From the IMG/VR virus record IMGVR_UViG_3300045988_147330, positions 1-64,000 of that record: 64,000 nt of DNA. One strand, 5' to 3'. The notes beneath the pieces were generated by a model. It did no database searches and was not told the DNA's origin. It saw only the letters and a program-made list of their open reading frames with translations. The translations under genes and the position numbers were made by a program. This DNA comes from a virus. Position 1 is the first letter of the stretch; the number at the start of each line of letters is the position of its first letter. This document shows, piece after piece, positions 9,373-17,874 of this stretch.

Positions 9373-10896
9373 ATGGAAATTTTTAAATTAGACGTTTTAC
9401 TTCGTAAAGAACCGTTCAAAGTAGCTCTTCCGTCACGTGGAGATGATGGAAGAGGTGGAGGAAGAAAGAAAAAGCCAAAACGTTCCACTTTGATATACAA
9501 ATATTTGTCACAGGATGATTTTTTAGCCCAATGGGACACCTCAGGTCACTATATACACAATAGACCAGATTGGAGGGATACCATACCCACAGAAGAAGAC
9601 ACAGTATCATCTGATGATGAAAGTAACAATGTTGGTGTTCAAAAAAAGAAAAAAAACAAATCATCATCAACACCTTATGTTCTACAAAGACGGGCGTTTC
9701 CTCTTCAAAGGATGATACACAAGAAGAGAGTATCACACCTATGCACAAATCCGCTTAAATTCCAGATAAAGAAAAGTGCATCAAATCAGCAAAACAGGGA
9801 TAAGCTGACAACATACAAGGAATACTGGACAGATTCTCTTATGGAAACAGCCAAGTATGAACTAATAAGCGAGGCAGGAAAAGTAGGAGATTCGGCTATC
9901 TATATATATAAGGATAAAGACAATATAAAATATAGATGTTTCAGCTACTCAAAAGGAGATGTACTGTACGAGCACAGAAATAGAAGAGGTGAAAGAATAG
10001 CCTTCGCTAGAGAATATACAACCACATACATTTCGGCTGACGGGGAAGAACATACAGATACACTTGTTGACGTATGGACTAAAAATGAGTTCTACACACT
10101 CGACTCAAACGGTAACATAGCTACTGATATTGATGATGAAGGAAATATCATAGAACTTCATCAATTTCATAATCTTGGATTTATTCCTATAGTATACCTT
10201 AGATTTGAACTTCCATTTTGGGGAGCAGTACAGGACTTGATAGATGATTTCGAGTTCCTAATGTCCATGATTGGAGAATATAATACACGACAAGCATTTC
10301 AAATGCTTCTTATCAAGACAAGCGGAAGAATAAATATTCAAAGAAACGGATTAGGAGGAACATCAATTTTACGTGTAGGAGCAGAAGATGATGCACAATT
10401 CATGGGAAAAATGGATGCCTCAAACTCCCTGTTTACCGAAATAGACAACATATATAACGGAATACTTGATGGAAGCGGTGTTGTTCCGCCAATGCAATCA
10501 TCATCAGGTGACAGACCTACAGGAACAACAGCAATGTATTACGAACCAGAAATGGAATGGGCTAGAAGTGACGCACAGATGATAAATACAGCCATAAACG
10601 ATATGGCTAATATATTTAAATATTATGTAGGATTGATGGAAAATGATGCTACAGGATATAACGCATTAAGAATAAACGCTACTATAGAACCATACTCTTA
10701 CATAGATTTCTCTGAATGGAACAACACACTTGTTCAGCTTGTAAATTCCCGAATAATATCACTACAGACAGCAAGAGAAGAAAGCGACTTCTCGGCTAAC
10801 AACGAAGATGATAGAATGGATGAACAGGATAAAAGATTAAACGAAATGGAAGTAAGATTAGTAAATCAAAATGATAACCAAAACGAAAACGATTGA
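9373..10896 (+). CDS. portal protein
   Basis: 507 aa, immediately after terL. Acidic C-terminus. Call based on position and size. Confidence 0.7.
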   Translation: MEIFKLDVLLRKEPFKVALPSRGDDGRGGGRKKKPKRSTLIYKYLSQDDFLAQWDTSGHYIHNRPDWRDTIPTEEDTVSSDDESNNVGVQKKKKNKSSSTPYVLQRRAFPLQRMIHKKRVSHLCTNPLKFQIKKSASNQQNRDKLTTYKEYWTDSLMETAKYELISEAGKVGDSAIYIYKDKDNIKYRCFSYSKGDVLYEHRNRRGERIAFAREYTTTYISADGEEHTDTLVDVWTKNEFYTLDSNGNIATDIDDEGNIIELHQFHNLGFIPIVYLRFELPFWGAVQDLIDDFEFLMSMIGEYNTRQAFQMLLIKTSGRINIQRNGLGGTSILRVGAEDDAQFMGKMDASNSLFTEIDNIYNGILDGSGVVPPMQSSSGDRPTGTTAMYYEPEMEWARSDAQMINTAINDMANIFKYYVGLMENDATGYNALRINATIEPYSYIDFSEWNNTLVQLVNSRIISLQTAREESDFSANNEDDRMDEQDKRLNEMEVRLVNQNDNQNEND

Positions 10897-11177
10897 CAAC
10901 TATGAGGAAATTAGCAGAGTTTTTAAGAAAAGCAAGAAAGGCATTTGATTATATATGCCTTAACTATCTAAGGATTGATGGTATGGAACATCTTATCATA
11001 GGAATACTATTGATAAGTGTGATGCAATGGTTTCTCCCTGTATGGAGCGCAATAACATTTACTTTAATAATCCTTGCAGGGAAAGAAGTGGTATACGACA
11101 AATGGCTAAGACAAGGAGTGCCAGAGTGGAGAGATTTATTCTGGGGAGTGGTTGGTATGGTGCTTGGATTAATGTAA
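10893..11177 (+). CDS. small membrane protein (holin candidate)
   Basis: 94 aa with two hydrophobic helices. ATGA overlap with the portal stop. An endolysin candidate lies nearby. Confidence 0.4.
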   Translation: MTTMRKLAEFLRKARKAFDYICLNYLRIDGMEHLIIGILLISVMQWFLPVWSAITFTLIILAGKEVVYDKWLRQGVPEWRDLFWGVVGMVLGLM

Positions 11178-11321
11178 AAAAAAACAAGGGTGTTATTCAT
11201 GTAATACCCTTGTCTAATACCTACCTATTTTTAAGGTATTAAGAAACAAGTGAACACCATTGCCAATCGTTATGGTATTAATGATGCCAAAGATTATGGC
11301 ATTTAATTTGGAAAAACAGTT

Positions 11322-11786
11322 ATGGAATACCACCAAAAATACAAAGGATTATCTATTGCAGACTATTTCGTAAAAAAGTGCATAGAGCAAAACATACCTG
11401 TGACAAATATGTCTATCTTGAACATGATTTACTTTGCTCATGGATTTTCTTATGCTTTGAGGCATAAATCTTTAATTAAAGATCCATTTTTAGCATGGCC
11501 ATGGGGACCAGTGGAAAAACATACGTATGATTGTTTTAAAAAGTATGCAGCAAATCCTATAACATCCATTTCGAGGGAAACTAATAATGAACTTATAAAG
11601 ATAGAAGAAGATAAAGAACTATGTATTTTTTTAGACAAATTTATTCCATTGGCAAAAGCTAGTCCTTTTGTTTTAAGTGATAAATCCCATGTTTCAGGAG
11701 GTCCTTGGGATGTAACACCTGCATTTAAAGAAATTGACGAAAAAATTATACAGGTATATTTTAGTGCTAAGTATGGAAATGAATAA
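11322..11786 (+). CDS. Panacea (DUF4065) domain protein
   Basis: NMIYFAHGFSYAL...DPFLAWPWGPVEKHTY matches the K(L)QKLLYYAQGW...FEAWxxGPV core of DUF4065/SocA-like antitoxin domains. Confidence 0.65.
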   Translation: MEYHQKYKGLSIADYFVKKCIEQNIPVTNMSILNMIYFAHGFSYALRHKSLIKDPFLAWPWGPVEKHTYDCFKKYAANPITSISRETNNELIKIEEDKELCIFLDKFIPLAKASPFVLSDKSHVSGGPWDVTPAFKEIDEKIIQVYFSAKYGNE

Positions 11787-11850
11787 GCACTAGTATTTAT
11801 TCCTTAATGCCAAATTTAATTCTTTCATATCTCCGTTTTTATAAAAACAA

Positions 11851-11872
11851 GGAGCGACAAAAATATCGCTCC
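11851..11872 (-). terminator. stem-loop terminator between convergent genes
   Basis: GGAGCGA/TCGCTCC 7-bp stem. T-rich tail on the minus strand. Confidence 0.45.
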
Positions 11873-11909
11873 CGTTACTCTTTCAACACATGGTTGATGA
11901 GATAACACA

Positions 11910-12338
11910 CTATTTAATCGTAACCCAAACCTGTTCGCCACGCTTTATTGCATCGTCAATCAACTTGTTCAACTTGTCAGATGTATAACGTGATTCAGTA
12001 AGTCTGCCTTTTGATGTATTGTTACCAACAAGGATACACCCGGCAGAGTCCTTTGCAGTATTTCCACTGTGAAAAAGAATACCCTCAAAATGAGGCACAT
12101 TTAAAAGTCTTGGCATATTACGCCCGAATTTTGGAGACCAGTTGTATATCACCTGGTATCTTCCATAAGGTATGGCAGATTCTCCATAAACTTTCTTCTC
12201 GTTTCCATCAAACACTCCGTTCTTATTCACGTCAACGATTCGATCTTCAAGCGTATTACTGAAAAACTCACCATCAATATACAAACGCCCTATAGTATAA
12301 TCAGGCTTGCACCATTTTCTTTCTACCAATAGTTCCAT
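11910..12338 (-). CDS. DUF5675-like putative cell-wall L,D-peptidase (endolysin candidate)
   Basis: HSGNTAKDSAGCILVG resembles the YkuD-type H...S-x-G-C active-site signature. 142 aa. Confidence 0.55.
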   Translation of the reverse strand: MELLVERKWCKPDYTIGRLYIDGEFFSNTLEDRIVDVNKNGVFDGNEKKVYGESAIPYGRYQVIYNWSPKFGRNMPRLLNVPHFEGILFHSGNTAKDSAGCILVGNNTSKGRLTESRYTSDKLNKLIDDAIKRGEQVWVTIK

Positions 12339-12360
12339 GATTTTTTTTATTTATACATTG

Positions 12361-12388
12361 CAAATATACAAAAAAAGTATTATATTTG
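12361..12388. promoter_or_regulatory. palindromic divergent promoter pair (two TATATTTG -7 boxes)
   Basis: ATTGCAAATATA (12357-12368) and TATATTTGCAAT (12381-12392) are perfect 12-bp inverted repeats. The minus-strand box faces the endolysin ATG; the plus-strand box faces a terminator-bounded non-coding stretch. Confidence 0.5.
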
Positions 12389-12394
12389 CAATGC

Positions 12395-12547
12395 AGTAAT
12401 TAAGATAGTTGATCTTTAGATGTGCAGATTTAACTGCAAAAGGCATTAAACGAACTAACTAGCAGTAATATACTGCGTTCTTTAGATTTATTCATTTATG
12501 TAAATTTAAACAAGAGAAAGCCTTCAATCTATTCTCTTGTTTTTTTT
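12395..12547 (+). ncRNA. candidate small RNA (promoter-to-terminator unit, about 150 nt)
   Basis: Lies between the plus-strand -7 box and the terminator AACAAGAGA...TCTCTTGTT plus T8 (12509-12547). Internal hairpins TGCAG/CTGCA and GCAGTA/TACTGC. No ORF longer than 9 codons. Confidence 0.3.
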
Positions 12548-12563
12548 ATGTGCAAACCTAAAG

Positions 12564-13049
12564 TTATTTACTTAAATCTTTCTTATAGAACAATCTAGTT
12601 GTTTCTTTTGAAATTTCCACATGACACTTATCCGCCTCTCCATAACCAATCCTAGCCTCTTTCCAAGGCTTTTCGTTACGAATTGACGCCCCCAATTCAA
12701 ACATTGTCCAAGTAGATAGTTCCTTCAAAATATACCTAATAAAATTACGTTGGTCTTGCGTCAACTTTGCAAATTTCTTATCTACATCTTCTTTGGTATT
12801 ATTTGAATAGGTCAATTCTTCATACAGCATATATTTATCTTTAAGACTACCATAAACCTTACGACTAATAGGACCATGTACCCATGCCTCAAAAGAATCA
12901 TCAATTAATTCTTTATCAAAACATGCCAAATGATAAGCATCGCAGTAAAATAATAATCTCTGCAATTTTAAGTGTGACATTGGTCCATAATGTTTTAAAA
13001 TATAATCTGATAAAATTATAGAATCTATAGTTTCCATACTTTTAGGCAT
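12564..13049 (-). CDS. Panacea (DUF4065) domain protein
   Basis: SHLKLQRLLFYCDAYHLACFDKELIDDSFEAWVHGPISRKVY is a near-textbook DUF4065 core. Confidence 0.75.
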   Translation of the reverse strand: MPKSMETIDSIILSDYILKHYGPMSHLKLQRLLFYCDAYHLACFDKELIDDSFEAWVHGPISRKVYGSLKDKYMLYEELTYSNNTKEDVDKKFAKLTQDQRNFIRYILKELSTWTMFELGASIRNEKPWKEARIGYGEADKCHVEISKETTRLFYKKDLSK

Positions 13050-13203
13050 TACAAAACGATTAACAATATTTATACATTTTATTATTGCAAAAATACCATT
13101 TTTTTTGTTTCTTTGTATAACAATAGATGAACCATTACGATGTTTTTACTTTGGCAACAGGCAGATGAGAATCTTTACTGTTGCCTTTTTTGATGAAAAT
13201 ACA

Positions 13204-13211
13204 TACCTTTG
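13204..13211 (+). promoter_or_regulatory. -7 box TAccTTTG
   Basis: Lies 4 nt before the ATG at 13216, implying a leaderless or very short-leader mRNA. Confidence 0.4.
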
Positions 13212-13215
13212 CATT

Positions 13216-13431
13216 ATGGACAACGAAAGAGAAATATTATCCAAACTTGACGCTATAATACAGAACCAAAAGGTTTTGTATGAGAATCAAATTGTCATAT
13301 TCCAAACTCTAACATCAATCGGACAAAAGGTTTACAGCCAAAGCGATTTCAAGAGTTTAATGATAAATATGGTAGCTAACGGTATAACAGAAAGGGTAGA
13401 AACCAATGATCAACAAAGAAGAAACATCTAA
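13216..13431 (+). CDS. hypothetical protein
   Basis: ORF track 13105..13431. The Met at 13216 (MDNEREIL) sits just after a promoter box, so it is preferred. Confidence 0.45.
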   Translation: MDNEREILSKLDAIIQNQKVLYENQIVIFQTLTSIGQKVYSQSDFKSLMINMVANGITERVETNDQQRRNI

Positions 13432-14215
13432 GATTGCAGACTATTATTTCCAAGTAAAAAGACTTGCGAACGGTATAAAATCATCAACTAGAGAGCGTGC
13501 GGAGAAGTTCTCTAAAGACCTTCTAGCTGTATTCCTTTTAGCAGGGACTAAATCGTTCACATCAATATCTAAACTTCCAGATAAGCAAAAAGAGAAGGTG
13601 CTAGAAATAACCAACAAATTTCGTGAGGATATATATAACGACATATACCAATATGTATTGGAAAGTAATAAACTGTCACGCGATCTAAATGACGATCTTG
13701 GATGGGAATATATTTCAATGACAGATAATGGCATTAAGGAATATATGGAAAGAACATACGGGGGAGAAACAACCAAGCAAAGAATAAATATAAACACAAA
13801 TAGATTTCGTACAGTCGTGGAAGTTTATCTTGCTAATACATTGCTATCATCAAAAACAAATAATATAGAAAAAATAACGGATGAAGTTCAAAAAAAGATA
13901 TGGAATAACATATCATCACCATATAACGTATCATTCATTCCACCAAATAAACAAAGGCATTACGGTAGAGGATATGCCACAAACGGTATAAGCCAGTTGT
14001 ATGTCATAGAACAGCAGATGATTCTAGGAATTTTCAATGAAGCAAACTACAATTCATGGAAAAATATGCCAAACTTTAAAGGATGGAGGACAGCCGTTAC
14101 GTCTAAAAACCCATGTCAGTTCTGCATTGACGAACAATACAAGACACACACAGAAAGACCAAGATTGCCATTTCATGCCCATTGTTTGTGTATATTATAC
14201 CCAGTGTTTGGGTGA
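13406..14215 (+). CDS. head morphogenesis protein, Mu F / SPP1 gp7 family
   Basis: C-terminal PFHAHCLCILYP corresponds to the family's P(L)HPNCRC motif. Confidence 0.6.
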   Translation: MINKEETSKIADYYFQVKRLANGIKSSTRERAEKFSKDLLAVFLLAGTKSFTSISKLPDKQKEKVLEITNKFREDIYNDIYQYVLESNKLSRDLNDDLGWEYISMTDNGIKEYMERTYGGETTKQRININTNRFRTVVEVYLANTLLSSKTNNIEKITDEVQKKIWNNISSPYNVSFIPPNKQRHYGRGYATNGISQLYVIEQQMILGIFNEANYNSWKNMPNFKGWRTAVTSKNPCQFCIDEQYKTHTERPRLPFHAHCLCILYPVFG

Positions 14216-14359
14216 ACTAGTACAGGAAATACCTTATACGTGTAGCACCTTTGTTCCAACGCGCATGGGAAGATAAACAAATGGAGCTATATAAAACCCA
14301 AAGAAGCCAACACTCCGGATTTCAACAATGCCAATCTTCCAGGATTTGTATACGATTCT

Positions 14360-15166
14360 GTGAATAAACAACTTGTATACGATAAGCCTAAGACTTGGTT
14401 TAGAGCACTAGATTTTGATGGATATGACCACTATGCTAAACCGTTGACAGTAGACAAAGATCTTTTGACCAATCCAGTCGATGTTGCAAAGACTACTTTT
14501 GTGCTAACAGTTTCACCATATTGGGCTGATTCAAGATATAATTGGGGTCAAATAATGGGTGGTTTTACATTCTCTAGAATGAAAATAAAAATTGAAGTGT
14601 ACAATGAGAATAAAAAGCTAGTCGATTATGGAACGTTTACTGTGAGTGACATAGACAGTACAGGAAAAGTATCAATTACACTTAACAGAAATAACCTCAT
14701 ATCAGTTGGCAATACTTATATTTATCTGAAAGGCTATTTCTGCGATTATAATGGTAACGTATTATGCCTCATACCAACAACAGGTGATGGATTTATTCGT
14801 AAGCCAATTGTTGTGACACAAAGTCTTGCTATTACACTTGGAACTACTACAGCTAATGCTTCTGGCTTTACTGTTTATGGAGAATTACTAGGAGGAAGTG
14901 GATCTACTTCTGCTAGATGCAGATTGAATATTACCAATAATACTTCTAGCGATTACAACGCTTCATCAGGCAGACCTTACGCTCGCTATAGATGGAGGGC
15001 AAAAGATGGATCTTATACTAGTCAATGGTCTGGAAACGTATTGATGCCTTCATGTACAAGTATTCCTAAGTCGTTTACGCGTAATGACATTGTAGACGCA
15101 GGAAGTCCTCCTTCTTATGGAAGCGTTACCCAGTGGTATGTAGATTATCAGATAATTATGTATTAG
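14360..15166 (+). CDS. putative receptor-binding/tail-fibre-like protein
   Basis: GTG start in the ORF track. LDFDGYDHY motif shared with the convergent 15198..16406 protein. Beta-rich, Ser/Thr/Gly-rich. Confidence 0.45.
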   Translation: MNKQLVYDKPKTWFRALDFDGYDHYAKPLTVDKDLLTNPVDVAKTTFVLTVSPYWADSRYNWGQIMGGFTFSRMKIKIEVYNENKKLVDYGTFTVSDIDSTGKVSITLNRNNLISVGNTYIYLKGYFCDYNGNVLCLIPTTGDGFIRKPIVVTQSLAITLGTTTANASGFTVYGELLGGSGSTSARCRLNITNNTSSDYNASSGRPYARYRWRAKDGSYTSQWSGNVLMPSCTSIPKSFTRNDIVDAGSPPSYGSVTQWYVDYQIIMY

Positions 15167-15199
15167 AAAGTAATCCCACCTAATAAGTGGGATTACTTT
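15167..15199. terminator. bidirectional stem-loop between convergent genes
   Basis: AAAGTAATCCCAC / GTGGGATTACTTT 13-bp stem. Confidence 0.6.
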
Positions 15200-16406
15200 A
15201 ACTATTAGAAGAGTCTCTATAGGCCAAAGAAACCTTAAATTCATTAACCTCTTTACTAGACAGGTTCCATTCTAATTCTGTGCTGTGTAGGTTTTGGTCG
15301 TATGAATACCTAGAATAATTACTCCCACTTAAATCTGGAGTTTCCCAAATGCCTGGTTCTTCTTCGTAATCAGGTATTGTCATAAAACATTTTAACCCAG
15401 TGAGCTTACCACTTCCATCATCTATTGTATAATTTTCTTCGTAAATGTATTCTCTTCCAGAAACAGAAATAGAATCACGTTCTATATCACCCCATGTCTT
15501 AATACCAGGATTAAATAAAGTTTTATTATTATTATCTTGTACAACCATTTGCACACGTATGTCATAAGGTATGTATGTTCCCCTACCTGAATTATCTATA
15601 AAAATAACCTTATAGAAAAATCTCTTTTTAGGAGTAGTTATTTTCACACCTGTTATTTTTGTCTTATATCCAAAACACTCTGGAATAATCGGAAACTTAT
15701 ATCCTGTAGATGGTAAAAGTTCATGTGCCTCATTATCACTGTCAGGGTGACTTCCATGTACCGCTACAGCCATTATTGTACAAGACCAAGTGCCTATATC
15801 CATACTTTTAAAAGCAGAATAAATGTTTGAATTGTTTGGAGAAAAGCCTAATCTTAGACTATCAGAAGTACCTCTTTCTCCTAAAAAAAATCTTCTATTA
15901 CCACTCTTTTCTGCAATAATCAAAATGGCACATCTCCATGATTTTATTGAACTAGAAATAGTATCATTTATAAGTAAGGATAAAAGATTTCTTGTACTAC
16001 CATTAAGGTCTAGCTTTAATGTCTGACTATATGAATCATAGTCTAGAATATTTGATGGGAGAATATTTATATTCAATTTTACAGGGTATTCTGTGTGATT
16101 ATACCCGTCAAAATCCAATACTCGGTAAGATGTTCTTGGAGGATAATAGTCAGCAATAGTGCTGGATGGAGCAGAATCTCCTACCTTGTATATAATCATT
16201 TTTGTAAACGTAGTATAGGTAGAATCATTAAATTGAATAATACCTAAATCATCCCTATTAATAGGCTTTATATAAGAGTACCTATTTATCTTCCCATGCG
16301 CGTTGGAACAAAGATAGCCAAGGTCGTAGCTGCCTACTCCGAGTACAGGAGCAATATCGGCATCAATACCTACGGGTGCAGTAATTTTTCCGTTAGAGTG
16401 AGCCAT
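15198..16406 (-). CDS. putative tail fibre/receptor-binding protein
   Basis: 402 aa. LDFDGYNH motif shared with 14360..15166. Beta-rich. Confidence 0.5.
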   Translation of the reverse strand: MAHSNGKITAPVGIDADIAPVLGVGSYDLGYLCSNAHGKINRYSYIKPINRDDLGIIQFNDSTYTTFTKMIIYKVGDSAPSSTIADYYPPRTSYRVLDFDGYNHTEYPVKLNINILPSNILDYDSYSQTLKLDLNGSTRNLLSLLINDTISSSIKSWRCAILIIAEKSGNRRFFLGERGTSDSLRLGFSPNNSNIYSAFKSMDIGTWSCTIMAVAVHGSHPDSDNEAHELLPSTGYKFPIIPECFGYKTKITGVKITTPKKRFFYKVIFIDNSGRGTYIPYDIRVQMVVQDNNNKTLFNPGIKTWGDIERDSISVSGREYIYEENYTIDDGSGKLTGLKCFMTIPDYEEEPGIWETPDLSGSNYSRYSYDQNLHSTELEWNLSSKEVNEFKVSLAYRDSSNS

Positions 16407-16617
16407 ATATATTTCCTCCCTCTATAACGGTATAAGAACCTGTACAAACAATAATGCCGTTACAACTGATACTACGACAATGAATATCGCCATCAATTAT
16501 AACAGCTTTTGAAATATCATAATCATCTGGAAGTTCTCCACCACATAGCGTTACAACCTCCAATGCCCCTGTGCATCTAGAATGCCCCTGTGCTCCCTCG
16601 CTTCGCTTCGGTCGCAC
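16393..16617 (-). CDS. doubtful short ORF upstream of the fibre gene
   Basis: The GTG start lies inside the 37-nt conserved element, whose other copy is closed in the same frame. The true start, if any, is unclear. Confidence 0.25.
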   Translation of the reverse strand: MRPKRSEGAQGHSRCTGALEVVTLCGGELPDDYDISKAVIIDGDIHCRSISCNGIIVCTGSYTVIEGGNIYGSL

Positions 16618-16625
16618 ACCAAATT
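16589..16625 (-). repeat. 37-nt dispersed conserved element, copy 2
   Basis: Identical to 88..124. Preceded on plus by two ATGCCCCTGTGC units (16563-16574 and 16582-16593). Confidence 0.7.
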
Positions 16626-16641
16626 ACCATTTACAAATAAA

Positions 16642-16926
16642 TTAATTTTCATTTAACTCGCATATTAATTCATTAACATATTTTACACAAGAATCACACT
16701 CATCATAGCCATCCAAAATCATTGCACCAACAGTAATATGAAGTTTATCTATGACCTCTTTCTTGAACAACAAGGCATTTACTTTGCTTGTATCAGACTT
16801 TTCTATCACCGTTATTGCGGAATCAATCATCCTAGTGACTTCGGATGGTGACATCATAGGAATATCAGCACCTTTACGCCAATATTGATATTCTCTTAGG
16901 TTATCAAGAAGTTTTTTTTTTCTCAT
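16642..16926 (-). CDS. hypothetical protein
   Basis: ORF track, 94 aa. A10 homopolymer in codons 2-5. Confidence 0.5.
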   Translation of the reverse strand: MRKKKLLDNLREYQYWRKGADIPMMSPSEVTRMIDSAITVIEKSDTSKVNALLFKKEVIDKLHITVGAMILDGYDECDSCVKYVNELICELNEN

Positions 16927-16941
16927 ATGGTTAGTAAATAA

Positions 16942-16980
16942 GGGGTGGTTATAGTCTAAATGAAAGGGCTATACCACCCC
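16942..16980 (-). terminator. strong stem-loop at the replication/structural module boundary
   Basis: GGGGTGGTTATAG ... CTATACCACCCC, a 12-bp stem with one bulge. Confidence 0.45.
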
Positions 16981-17097
16981 TACATCTTTTTAAATCTATG
17001 CAAAAATTTAAAATCCAAACAACAGTCCATAAGACAAATGTTGTTTTAAAATCTTCAATGGTAGCAAAGTTACCACAAAGATAATAAATATTGTGAA

Positions 17098-17790
17098 TTA
17101 ATTGTTCCATTGTTCTAAATTAAGTATTTCAAATACATCCCTTTCTATCTTTGATACAACGCTTTCATCAAATTTATCCTCGTCAATGCTATTTATATAG
17201 TCAACCAAAGAATGAATCTTCCTGTTAGCGTAAATAATAGTAGAACGGACATCATCAATCATTACGCTGTTTGAAGCCTTATCCATCTCCTTGTCTGCAA
17301 AAGTTCTCTCATGTATAGTTCCATCTTCCTCAATTTTATATGAAGGAATTTTGAAGAACTCACAGATATCAAAACGACTAAAAATGCTAACTACATTCAT
17401 TATGTTTATAATGTCATCATCAGAGCAATCCAAGACAATATCCCTATAATCTTCACACACCAAACAACTTTTAAAAGAAAAATATGGAATATCATCTTCC
17501 GAATCAAAAATCCATGTTTCTCTATATTCGTTTTCTTTCATCTCAACAAACTTAGGATGATCATAACCAACAGACTTATATTCATTGATGACATCAATCC
17601 ACCCTGTAAGTTTAGACATTGTATCATTAAAGTATTTTTCATATAACACAACATCGTAAAACAATGCAGGCAAAGAATTATCACGGGAAGAGAAAGTTAC
17701 AGGCTCAGAAATAGATTTTAAGACGGATAACTTACCCAACACAAAATTAAATATATCAGCTAAAGGATATTTACTCTTTATTCGTTTCAT
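17098..17790 (-). CDS. hypothetical protein
   Basis: ORF track, 230 aa, acidic. Confidence 0.55.
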   Translation of the reverse strand: MKRIKSKYPLADIFNFVLGKLSVLKSISEPVTFSSRDNSLPALFYDVVLYEKYFNDTMSKLTGWIDVINEYKSVGYDHPKFVEMKENEYRETWIFDSEDDIPYFSFKSCLVCEDYRDIVLDCSDDDIINIMNVVSIFSRFDICEFFKIPSYKIEEDGTIHERTFADKEMDKASNSVMIDDVRSTIIYANRKIHSLVDYINSIDEDKFDESVVSKIERDVFEILNLEQWNN

Positions 17791-17874
17791 TATAAACTAC
17801 AAATAAAAACGGATGGAGGAAAATCAAATATGGCAAAAACATAAACCTCCATCCGAAAAACAAAAAACAAGAAT

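Noticed and set aside
7642-9539. Minus-strand ORFs overlapping terL and portal (7642..7938, 7806..8021, 8574..8765, 8734..9006, 9183..9539, 9416..9748).
   Set aside because: They are antisense to well-supported large genes, and no independent signals support them.
11233-11274. About 41-nt match to 42446-42486 (upstream of TnpB remnant A), possibly another IS fragment.
   Set aside because: The repeat is real, but it is too short to assign to TnpB coding sequence with confidence. It is mentioned under the TnpB-remnant finding rather than annotated.
13105-13215. N-terminal extension of ORF 13105..13431.
   Set aside because: The extension runs through a TAccTTTG promoter box, and the Met at 13216 follows that box directly.
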